DNA from: Bugula neritina
Taxonomy: Eukaryota; Animalia; Bryozoa
DNA: 64,000 nt
NCBI GenBank assembly: GCA_964035545.1
Contig: OZ037771.1
Coordinates: 186,001-250,000, forward strand
Direction of reading: 5' to 3'
The number at the start of each line of letters is the position of its first letter. The stretch's first letter is position 1. Below are positions 25,001-35,516 of this stretch, piece by piece. The position numbers and the translations under genes are program-made. Under the pieces are notes generated by a model that was not told where the DNA came from, did no database searches, and saw only the letters and a list, made by a program, of their open reading frames with translations.

Positions 25001-28000
25001 AGAACATCTGACCAGCTTTTTTAGCAAGTTTGAGCCGTCTGGCTCCGACATTCTCACCATCTTGAGCTTTATAAAAAGTGTTGTTAGGTGAGTTATTAGT
25101 TCTATAAAAGGACAATTGCTTGGTGAATTAGAAGATTAGTCCAAAAGATGTGTTTTATGGAAATACTTTTTGCTGAAATAATTTTGATTTTCTTTCATAA
25201 TTTCAGATATAGAAAACTCTACAGTTTGCTGTGTTACAAGTTTGTGTGAGATGTGATTGCTGGTTTTTCTCTACTTACACATCTGTATTAATAGCATATT
25301 CTCTACTTACACATCTGTATTAATAGCATATTCTCTACTTACACATCTGTATTAATAGCATATTCTCTACTTACACATCTGTATTAATAGCATATTCTAT
25401 TAACTTCTGGTTTCGCTATGTTCTAGATTCTCTGTATGATTGTGATATGATAAAATCATGTAATGTTTTCTTTAGGAGATTCAACAGACCTTTGAGATGT
25501 GTAGCCAAGGTGTTTTATCCACATTGTGCGAGTAAGGGGGTGAATCTCAACGCCTTTCTCTCCAAATTCCTTCCGCAACTCAACCTCATGTCTAATCAGC
25601 TAATTGACTTGAACGTTGAAAGAGTTACATTCAGCAAACCAAAGGTTTAATTTCCAGCATCTATTCTAGTTTAAACTATATATAGTGTATTTCTGTATAT
25701 ACTCGGTGTTTATATGTCTCTCTCTGGTATACAGAATTTCCGTAGCACTGTACGCCGCAGTGTGATGGTGTTTGGGGACCCTCATGTGCTCAGCTTAGCC
25801 TCCGCCCACTCCATGGACTTTCAAACTTGCAATGAAATAGAGCTGTTCAGTAGCTCCTCTACCACAGCCTCTAAGCACGTCTCACTTCTGGAGAACCAAT
25901 ACTACAGAATACAAGGCTTGCTCAGCCGTTTCTCTCTCTACACTTCCGGCACTTTCCTTTCCGAGGTCAGCTTATTCGGTCTGTTAAGTCATACTCAAAC
26001 ATCACCTCAAGTCTTAAGTCATGTAATAAAACAGTTCTTCAAATCTCGTCAAGTCATTCTCAGACAGCACCTGATTTGAAGCTGTTTCATCATTAAACAG
26101 GTGATTGTTGAGTTCTGGATACGCGGCGCTGACCCAATAGATAAGGGAATGTCAAAGCTGACTTACGACAGCAGTGTCACGGGATTCCAACCCTTCCTCA
26201 CTCTCCATCAAACTAATGGAACCAAAGAAATCTTGAAAGACAGCAAAAAGGTAGATATCTGATGGTAGAATATTCTATCCTCACTGGTTTAATACTACAG
26301 TTTCACCAATAGATCTTCTGCTTGCTTTTTATGAAATCAGCTAGCTTTAACCCTACAATTGCACGTGCATACACGTAGGTAGGTGACACACCTTTGTGTT
26401 AATTGACTTGTAATATTTTAGGTGTTGAAGTACAGCACCAATAACACAGTTGTCATTGAGTCAAAGTTGAGGCCGGATGGCAAGATGGTCGTTAATATTA
26501 AAGATCAGCAGACTGGCACTATTATCAGTATAACTAATCCATACGGGTACGTTACATGCTAGTCAATGCTGTATAGTAATACAGTATTTATATACAGTAA
26601 TATGACAATTTATATACAGTAATACAGTATTTATATACAGTAATACGACAATTTATATACAGTAATACCGTAGTTTATATACAGTAATACAGTAGTTCTA
26701 TACAGTAATACAGTATTTATACAGTAATACAGTAGTTTATGCTCAGTAATGCAGTAGTTACATATACAGTAATACAGTAGTTCTATACAGTAATACAGTA
26801 GTTATACAGTAATACAGTAGTTATATACAGTAATACAGTAGTTATATACAGTAATACAGTAGGTATACAGTAATACCGTAGTTTATGCTCAGTAATACAG
26901 TAGTTATATACAGTAATACAGTAGTTACATATACAGTAATACAGTAGTTATACGCAGTAATACAGTAGTTATACGCAGGTCTCTGCTGAACGTGGTGGTG
27001 AGATGTGCAGAGGAACTGCTGCTGATATCATCTGGTCTACTAATAGACGGATGTCTGGACCCTGATGACAGAGAGCAGCTTATCACCTCTAAGTCACTCT
27101 CTGTTGAAGAAGGTAAAGGATTATACAGTTTATGAGTCATCACAACTTACTTGACCTTGACATACATTATTAACACAGTTGACTCGGTGGTTGCAGGTAG
27201 TTCCTGGTTCAGACATAGAAGACAAGCTGAGGACACATGCACTGAACAATGCTCCTCCATCGCGGAGGAAGCCATGATGAACACGTGTCTCTATGACTGC
27301 TACCAGGCCGAGGGCACGGAGCTACAGAGTGAGGTAAGTGGAGTAGGCAGTGCACTCTACCAGTATTGTACTATAGTACTCTTATTAGTTGTACTACTGC
27401 AGCTGAGTGCAGAGTAAATTTGTACCTTAGGTGTCCGAGAGCATGGCAGATGCCGAAGTTACGACAGAGGAAGCTGTTGTAGAGGACGTTGCGTTGGCCG
27501 CCGAGGCTGAGGAAGAAATTGTAGAAGAAATAGAGACCGAGATCATGACCACGGAAAGTTTCATCACGGCAGGCATTTTTGATGACGTTATAACGAGCCC
27601 TTCGTATACAACTCCAGGTGAAACTCAAGATCTAATGCTAACTATTAGTAGCCATCACTTTCTACACTCTTTCTCATGTCATATAATCTATACTTTACTT
27701 ATGCTATTCTATACTATACTCATTCTATTCTATACTCTACTCATTCTATTCTATACTCATTCTATTCTATACTCATTCCATACTCTACTCATTCTATACT
27801 ATACTCATTCTATTCTATACTCTACTCATTCTATTCTATACTCTACTCATTCTATTCTATACTCATTCTATTCTATACTCATTCCATACTCTACTCATTC
27901 TATACTATACTCATTCTATTCTATACTCTACTCATTCTATTCTATACTCTACTCATTCTATTTTATACTCTGCTCATTCTATTCTATAATCTACTCATTC

Positions 28001-29010
28001 TATTCTATACTCTACTCATTCTATTTTATACTCTGCTCATTCTATTCTATAATCTACTCATTCTATTCTATACTCTACTCATTCTATACTCTACTCTACT
28101 CATTCTATACTCTACTCATTCTATACTATAGTGCTCTACTTCTATACTGTACCCAATTTTCCTGGTTATTGTTTCCTAATAGAAAAGACAAAGATGCCAA
28201 ACATTCTCTAATAACTGAAAGCTGTCCCAAGTTATAAGTTTTCAGTGAACTCTTGGAACCCACATGCTATGTACCGAGTACTGAATAATTGTGCATTTCC
28301 ACAGATTTTTCAAGCAGTACTCAAGTACGAATGCTTTGCACATCACACTATGTCCAGAGATGTAGCAATATTGTAAAGTTCTTATTGTGTTACCAGGTGT
28401 GTCTCTAGCTACATCTACAGCTACTTCCTTGGATTACACAGTCACTAATCATCACCTCACTGCTCTTTCAAATACTCAGTTCCCTAACTCCTCGGCACCA
28501 CTCTATTCTACAGGAACTAGTGATATCACTAGCACTACTAGCAAGTCTTCCACCAATACTACTAGTACTACTGCTACTAGTTCTACCACTACCAGTACTA
28601 CCACTACTAGTACTTCTACAAGGTCTCCCAGTACAGCCACAACTAGCAAGCCTTCTACTAGTACTGCCACTACCGGTACTACTGCTAGTACCATTACTAA
28701 TGCTTGGCCAGGACCAATATCTATCACTTCTCCATCAACCCTTACCATCTTCAGCACCAAACTAAACGTCGCACTCCCTCCCACCACTACCCCTAGTTCC
28801 ACCTACTCTGCTACAAGTTCTCTGTCCACAAAATGGACACCATCTATTAGAACCTCTCCTAAAACTCCATCATTACAACCTCGAGTACGCACCAACACTG
28901 GAGTGTCTCAAATTGATGAGTTGGAGAAGGCAACTAAGAAGTATGAACGCTGTGCTAGCAACTATATTTCACACATGATGCTGGGAGTATGCTGGGATCT
29001 CCTCATATAG
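13088..29010 (+). CDS. Large secreted mosaic protein (~2,700 aa): signal peptide, uncharacterised region, Kunitz domain, mucin-like S/T repeats, RGM/VWD-like FGDPH domain, S/T-rich tail
   Basis: Phase-compatible exons: 13088-13163 (MGLLNISLLFISLFSLLFHPAFP signal peptide), 13414-13506, 13606-13758, 13994-14238, 14754-15100, 15298-15530, 15812-16126, 16374-16427, 17189-17413, 17713-17922, 18264-18497, 18662-21658, 21750-21798, 21891-22120, 22228-22389, 22486-22622, 23716-23758, 23940-23992, 24304-24485, 24574-24731, 24829-25087, 25476-25644, 25735-25965, 26101-26250, 26422-26546, 26979-27112, 27197-27333, 27431-27617, 28397-29010. A few junctions (13506, 17413, 21658, 22486) have alternatives, and a split into two genes is not excluded. 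Confidence 0.7.
13783..13985. repeat. Intronic 26-bp minisatellite TATACAGTTGTCAACACATTGTACTC
   Basis: Direct tandem repetition. Confidence 0.95.
14312..14735. repeat. Intronic 17-bp minisatellite AGAGTTACACTGAGTAG
   Basis: Direct tandem repetition. Confidence 0.97.
14848..15072 (+). repeat. Coding 36-bp tandem repeat (GDMKGTWPPPHS x6)
   Basis: In-frame inside predicted exon 14754-15100. Confidence 0.85.
16210..16373 (+). repeat. 31-bp minisatellite ending at a splice acceptor
   Basis: Unit GTTCACATTGCTCTATATCTGGTAGCATACA, ~5 copies. Confidence 0.9.
16428..17185 (+). repeat. 22-bp minisatellite GTATGATGTGTCTCTACC(A/G)TGA filling the intron from donor to acceptor
   Basis: About 34 copies. 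Confidence 0.96.
17419..17700. repeat. Degenerate intronic minisatellite (TATAGCAGTGTAGAGTGTATATATAGTACAG...)
   Basis: Imperfect tandem repetition. Confidence 0.85.
17970..18240. repeat. 10-bp minisatellite G(A/C)TACTGTAT
   Basis: Direct tandem repetition. Confidence 0.93.
18667..18819 (+). other. Kunitz/BPTI domain within the large secreted protein
   Basis: CKLKAEKGPCEQQLERWYFHNTTRLCLPFIYGGCRGNHNNFNTETECNQEC: six Cys with canonical GPC, F-x-YGGC-x-GN-x-NNF spacing; in frame with ORF 18850..21726. Confidence 0.95.
19036..21165 (+). repeat. Coding mucin-like tandem repeat (24-aa SDTVGLTTQSLSSSTPELTASLSA and 28-aa +STSA variants, ~27 copies)
   Basis: Uninterrupted ORF; 72/84-bp units preserve frame. 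Confidence 0.95.
22665..22943. mobile_element. MITE with 16-bp perfect TIRs and internal hairpin
   Basis: GGGTCATTTTACTTAT (22665-22680) ... ATAAGTAAAATGACCC (22928-22943), ATTA on both flanks (candidate 4-bp TSD); internal long inverted repeat ~22840-22916. Confidence 0.75.
22945..23695. repeat. Intronic 29-bp minisatellite TACTGTAGGTAGTATACTATGATATATTA
   Basis: About 25 copies. Confidence 0.96.
24016..24303. repeat. TACTCTACTA-type low-complexity array running into the acceptor TACTCTAG|GTACTCT
   Basis: Direct repetition. Confidence 0.92.
25269..25400. repeat. 32-bp tandem repeat x4
   Basis: CTCTACTTACACATCTGTATTAATAGCATATT. Confidence 0.95.
26570..26978. repeat. ~21-23-bp minisatellite TACAGTAATACAGTAGTTATA ending at the acceptor
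   Basis: Imperfect tandem repetition. Confidence 0.92.
27700..28145. repeat. Pyrimidine-rich ~21-bp minisatellite TACTCTACTCATTCTATTCTA
   Basis: Imperfect tandem repetition. Confidence 0.92.
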
Positions 29011-29054
29011 GCAGAGTTTATGAGAGCACAAGATAGAGATAAAGATACTGCTGA

Positions 29055-29063
29055 TTTATTAAA
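29055..29063. terminator. Overlapping poly(A) signals on both strands
   Basis: TTTATT (29055-29060; AATAAA on minus) overlaps ATTAAA (29058-29063, plus) in the 145 bp between two convergent stop codons. Confidence 0.55.
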
Positions 29064-29155
29064 ACAATCTATTGAATACAACAAGAAAAAGCTTCATAGT
29101 TTCAAGTAACAATTATTATAGATAGAACTAGTCTCAAGTTGCTTGCTGAATTTCT

Positions 29156-31841
29156 CTAGTCACTCTTTTTCTTATCCCCTTCGGCCTCCTTGTAATGCAA
29201 GAAGACAAAGGAGAAGATAACAACTCCAATCATCATGGAGAATGATGAGGCATAGTATGGGTAGGCGGAGACAATGAACCTCTCGTACTGTGTGTGTTGC
29301 CAAGGACGCACTGATATCTGCAACAACATGTATTAATATTAAGAGTTGTTTGTAACATGCACATTCTAAATAAATAAACCGCATCACCCATACAGTCTAG
29401 ACTAGTTGATTATAAAGTAGTGACGGTGACAAAGTTACCAGTTAGTACTGACTACTCTGACTGTACACTCCGCGACAGACTCACCTGAGTGGCCGACTTG
29501 ATGCGGGTGTAACCTACTCTGTTGTAGTCCACTTTAAACTGGAAAACTCCATAGACATCAGGTACTTTAAATGTGACAGCCATGTCATTTCCTTTCCTAT
29601 AATGATATAGAATGATAAATGTGTGTAAAACTACTTGTTCTTACTCTGCAAGCTGATCATTCTACCCGATGTATCACCTACTGGGCCACAGTGAGCCTAT
29701 ATTCCAAGAGCAATCAGCTAGCAGAGTATTAGGCAGATATGTACTACATGCAGATAATATAGTCATATACTTCTACGTACCTCTTGAGGAAAGCTCGTAC
29801 AAACGGGTCAATTCTGACAAACTCAAGCTGTACGTCTTTCCCGTTGAATGGGCGCCATTTTCCATCGAACAACTCCTCTATATTGACGAGGTACTCTACT
29901 TCATCAGTTACAGTGTAGGCCTGAGGTTGGGACTTGTCCTTAGCCAGGTGATGTCTGACATTTGAGAGTCGCAGAACTCCCTGCTCGTGGAAACACCACG
30001 CACTCAGTGACCTCACCAATTCCTCATTCCCAGACTTCTCTGAGCTGAACAACAGAGTACTGGAGTTATAAGTATTACAAACAGAGTAATAGAGTTATAA
30101 GTATTCTGAACAGAGTGATAGAGTAACAGAGTAACAGAGTAATAGAGTAACAGAGTAACAAAGTAACAGAGTAACAGAGTAACAGAGTAACAGAGTAACA
30201 GAGTAACAGAGTAACAGAGTAACAGAGTAACAGAGTAACAGAGTAATAGAGTAACAGAGTAATAGAGTAACAGAGTAATAGAGTAACAGAGTAATAGAGT
30301 AACAGAGTACTGGAGCTCTAGGAACATAAACTATAAATACAAGAGCTGCTCACCTGACTCCGCTGGGAGTTCTAGTTGATGCCATCAGGTACTGGTCACT
30401 GAACATGGCCATCGACCCTGAGATTACGACTCTGGCATTGTTTCTAGCCTGTAGACCAGACACAAGTAAAGTGGATTTGCCCACGGCGTGAGGGTAGTCC
30501 AACACCTCCTCATCAGGGTTGTAGCTGTATGCAGTTGAACTTGCATGCATGATGTCAAGGACAAGGGGGTTGGTGGCGTCAGCTATCATACCGACACCGT
30601 GGTACAATATTGGTGCACTGCTCTTCTTACCAACAATCAACTCTGAGTTAATGAGGTTGGCAGAGCTAACAGCCAGTCTTGTGTGTTTACCACAGTCTTT
30701 GGCATCATACGACATATGATCAATTACTGATGTCGACTTCTCATCCAGTTCAACTAAAAACATGCTGTTTATTTAATAACATATTTAAAGTTACAAAACT
30801 CGATGTATAACTAATGTCTGCAGTCCATGTATACTAATGATTGCTATTACATTATCTTTCATACCTCCGACCTCAGCAGCCAATTCCCTAATGAGTTCGC
30901 TAACATCAGGACTGGCTGCAACCATTAAGTTACCTCCACCGTCAATGAAATCTGTGATTGCTGCTACATTTACAGTACCTAAAATTCCAGGTAAAATATA
31001 AGTTAAACAAGTAGCATGCAAATCAAATATAACAATTACTTAGTTAGCAAATACCATAAGCTAGCAGGGTAATACTAACACTAGTTGCTAATTTATTTAA
31101 AAGGTATTACTATTAGTATTAGTATTACTCAGTTATATTAATACTAATACTAATAGTATTAGTAATACTATTAGAATTACTAATACCAATGGCAATAGTA
31201 GTAGTACTAATACTAATAATTATATCAGTAAACTGCAAATGTAACAGTAATACTGTAACTTGAAAATGAGAGTTAGCAAGTGTTACTAATCTAAAGTAAT
31301 ACTATCACTATCAGTATAACTATAAAATATAATACCAGAAGGATAAGTTTCAGAGCTAGTCTTAGTTTAAAGTCATAAAAAACTAACTATAATTATGAAT
31401 TATAATAATTTAATCAAATTTAATAATTATATTTATAACTATATTATTAATATTATTATAAGATTAATTATTTGTAGTTGATTTTAATAATAATAATATT
31501 AAATTTAATTGATTAATTCCAATTATAATAGCAACTATTATAATTATTTATAATTAACAATTTCAAGTAACTAACTTACCACCAAACTCTTCAACAGTAG
31601 GAGCAAATATCATTAGGTTGTCATATAAAAACTCGCCATACTTGGACAAATTAAGAGAAGCATCACTAGCAAGTTTGAATGATAGTTCATAACCTCTATC
31701 CTTCAGACTTCGGAAGAAAAGTGAATGGGTATCTCGAATAGACCAATCGTCTACTAAAACTAATGTTTTCGGCTTAAGTGATAGTAAAAAAGGAAACCAA
31801 CAGAATGAGAACACTGTTAATATTGTAACGCTCAAACGCAT
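29156..31841 (-). CDS. DDOST: Dolichyl-diphosphooligosaccharide-protein glycosyltransferase 48 kDa subunit (OST48/WBP1)
   Basis: Exons 31841-31580, 30978-30865, 30753-30354, 30044-29781, 29596-29485, 29317-29156. Signal peptide; [64 protein letters not shown]-x-SAYPYY; C-terminal TM helix and KKSD di-lysine ER-retrieval motif. Confidence 0.97.
30050..30315. repeat. 8-bp intronic repeat CAGAGTAA
   Basis: Direct tandem repetition. Confidence 0.95.
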
Positions 31842-32390
31842 CTTGAAGCTCACAGGAACTAACTTAAAAACTATAAGTATATATTTGTTTTCTTGCAGCT
31901 GAGTTTTTCTTTTTTTCTACACCCAGTTGACGTGTGTTTTCCGGTAAAATTCCATTGGCTTAGTAATGAAACAGTTTGTGTTGATTTGTCCATCAAAGAC
32001 TTCACTGATTGGCTTAATAAATCTTCTTTAGTCCGAAAGGGCTTAAAACAAAATATTGCGCAAATGCGAGTGTAAGCAGACGAACAATTAATGTTTACGT
32101 TTGGTGCGTTTATTTTGAAGAAAATATTTGCTTTATTTTTATTTTTCTAAAATCATGTTATGTAACTAATAATTAATAGATTATAGCTATACTAATATTC
32201 ATGCTCATATTGTCTCTTTTAACTTTTGTACTCAATTTGAATTTCAATTCGTAGTATTGACTTATAGTTATTGTAATTGACTAATTCAACTTGTAAAACT
32301 TTAATAAGGAATAAATTTAAATCGTGTAAGAAATTTCAAAAGGCAATGATAATATAATTTAATGATTTTTTTGTGACAGACCATGCAGGT
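31842..32390. promoter_or_regulatory. Probable bidirectional promoter between DDOST and PELP1
   Basis: Head-to-head arrangement; plus-strand donor-like sites at ~32072 (GTAAGC) and 32389 (ATGCAG|GTAAAT, phase-compatible with PELP1 exon at 34660). Confidence 0.45.
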
Positions 32391-33589
32391 AAATATGGCT
32401 ATTTGAAATCGGTGTCATTATCATAATGATACTAATACACATACTGATTGTGATACTCATAATAAGGGTTATGGTTATAACATAGTGATAGTATCGGAGT
32501 ACTTATAACTATATATCTCAATCTAAATCTGTGAGTAGTAGTATCGGTACTATGTTAAGCTTAATGTAATTTGATGCAGATTTAGTTCTACTGCTACTCT
32601 AATACTATTACTCATAGCTATACTTGAGAATATTATTTTCTATTGACTTGCTAATTCTACTTCCTCAGCATGACCTTATTGTTGCAGCCAGAGCTGAGCT
32701 GTTTATAGGTGTGTATTCTCTTACAGCCTTAGTTAGCCAAAAGCATGATAAAAGCCAGATATGGAAATACAAGACTAGTCATGCATTAACTAACTTCATC
32801 TTTTTCAAGTGTTGCGTATTTTTACACATCTCAGTGTTGCCATGTTAACTTGACTCTAAGACTGGTTTTAAATATAATATGATAGGTGTAAGACAGGAAA
32901 ATTAGTTTATGTTTCTTCTAAGGGCTAACTCATGCATCAATAGAAGTATTGTCTTGGAAAACACGCTAGTCATGTTGATGTTTTTCAGTTGAGCAACTGA
33001 TAGATTGTTACTGTACGTAACATGTTAAACTTGGATTGGCAGAAAAGATGCTTTTTAAATTTTGTTTAAATAAATATTTATTTTATTTGACATCAATTCT
33101 TGATCTGTAATATTTAGCCACTTGTTTGTTTGCCAGTTTGAAGATTAAATACACTCAAATAGGAGTTGTCTGTGTCACATGTACTCACTGATGGATGCTA
33201 AGTCACAATCTAGCTAGTTGAAACACCTTGGAAAAATAAATTGACTATTTGAGAAAAATAATAAATAGCTCTAAAGTATTTTGCAAATGAGTAGCATTAT
33301 TTGGTACAACATTGAGCAACGGTCTAAATAATAGGATAAAAAAGAAGAAATATTATATAAAATTGGAACATCATTTACATAATTTGGAGTCATCTTAACT
33401 TTGTGCGAACAACGTAATTCGTTCCACCCACATAATTATTATGGTGTAGATTTGCAGGTAGCAGGTACGTATGCCATCAGCTGTGTTTTTGGATAAAAGC
33501 ATGATGCAGTCTAGCCTTTAAGAAACTGCAAAGCACGCTTCGCAAATTTTGTAAGTCTTTGAGTTTGCTCAATAGTTTAGTTTGCAAAA

Positions 33590-33910
33590 ATGCCTAGTTC
33601 TAGAAAGCGCAAGCTAAAACAACAACGTTCGCAACACAGCGATAAGTATGGTAGTTTTTCAAAATCACAAAAGAAAAACCGTGGCCTTCACTCTAACTCT
33701 GATGATAATTCTCAAAGTTGTGCTGAGCTGCAACTACAAGTACAAGTGAGACCAAATCAAAATCACTTCAACAATCATAATGGCAAAGTAAGACTTTCAA
33801 TCGGTGTTTATACAGCTGCAAGTGTTTCTGTTTTGATTACCTGTGATTACTGTAAATGTGATGTGTCATGTAGTGAGTTGTACTGCAAGTGTGGGTTTTT
33901 AACACCGTAG
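33590..33910 (+). mobile_element. Possible DNA-transposon-derived ORF remnant (basic N-terminus, CxxC motifs)
   Basis: MPSSRKRKLKQQR... ASVSVLITCDYCKC...CKCG loosely recalls N-terminal Zn-ribbon regions of Mutator-like/Kolobok transposases; no catalytic domain seen. Confidence 0.25.
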
Positions 33911-34659
33911 GACTCGGACTGCGATTGCCTACTCCTAGTAGTAGTACTCTAGTAGCGACTACTAGTAGTACTACTGGTAGGACTAGGTGTGCTGTAGAGC
34001 CAGATCACATCGAGACATATTTGATATTATTATAATTTAAATTATGTTCATCATGTTTAGTTATGCTTATCATAATAATTTACTTTTACTGTAATAATGT
34101 AACTCAGAATTATTATGATACATATTTAATATAATAATATCAATATGAATTGGTGATGGCTAAAGTTAAACTTGAATTGGCAGTAATTGTAAATTACTCT
34201 TTGGCGGTCATAATTATAATCATAATGAAACACTAGCCAAATAAATCCAACTGTAAGATAAAGAAAGCACTGAAACAATAAGTTAAAGTATTAGAATAGT
34301 ATTAGTCATTAACTGTAAGTTACTGTTTGCAATAATCGACCAGACTAATCACTATTGAGTTACTGAATATGCCACCAAACCGTGTGCTCTCTAGTATTGT
34401 AGTTCATCCCCCAAACCCTGCAGCCATATGATATCAAATTCTTTATCAGAATGACTGAATGCTTAATGATTATTAGTTATAACAACAGTAAATAGTGGTA
34501 GTACTGTCATTTTGATTTGTTGTGATTATTGGATAAATATAGTCAGTCTTGTAATATTAGTAAACTAATACAATCGTTGAGCCTTTGAACTGAAGAGTGA
34601 CTAGTTAATTGCTTGTCAATAAAACTTGGCAAATGATTTTTTATTTTGTTTGCTTTTAG

Positions 34660-35470
34660 AATGACACTGAAGCAAGTAGCGTTTGTCAAGAACAGAATCT
34701 GATAAAATTTCTTAACCAGGTCCTTACAGAAAATCGCTCAATTGCGCACAGGTGTTTATTTTGAACTATTTGTGCATTCAGTTAACATGTCCTCCGTTAC
34801 CATGGCATGTTATTATGATTATGTTGGTTATTATGTGGAGGAAGAGTTGAATATTTTGTTGTTAGACTAGCGGCAGTGGAGTTGATGTGTCAGGAGTTGG
34901 AGGAGATTCCAGCAGAAGATGTTTACTCTCAAGCTCTTTCGTGGATCACACATCTCGTTAAAACTATTGAGCTATGCAAAGACGGGGCAGTCAGCCTACT
35001 TGCCCTCACCTGCCATACTCTCTCACAACTCCTTGTCAAGTGTAGCAAGTGTAATGAGTTGCGTAGATCCATCTCTATCAACTTTATCCCCAAGTTACTC
35101 TCCCTACTCCTCAGTATAGACTGCATGGACGTGGTACGTTATGTGCTATCATAGACTAGATAGTTTTATACAGGCCTCGTGGTAAATAATGAGCATTTCT
35201 AGTGATATGATGCACAGCTGCTATATGAACTATGGTTACAGTTGTGAATGTACTGTTTCTATGGTTACAGGAAGCCGTGGGTCTAGTCTCTATAGTGAAT
35301 CTAATGAAGATGTGTATCAAGTATTTCGGTGGTTCCTGTCTACCATTTAAGGTGCTAAAGCTTCCATATTCATTTAATAACATATTATCTAGTTACAGTA
35401 TAATTATTACATATAGCAGAGTAATATATATTCATATATAATACAGTATTATTATTAGAATGTGACAGAG

Positions 35471-35516
<46 letters not shown>

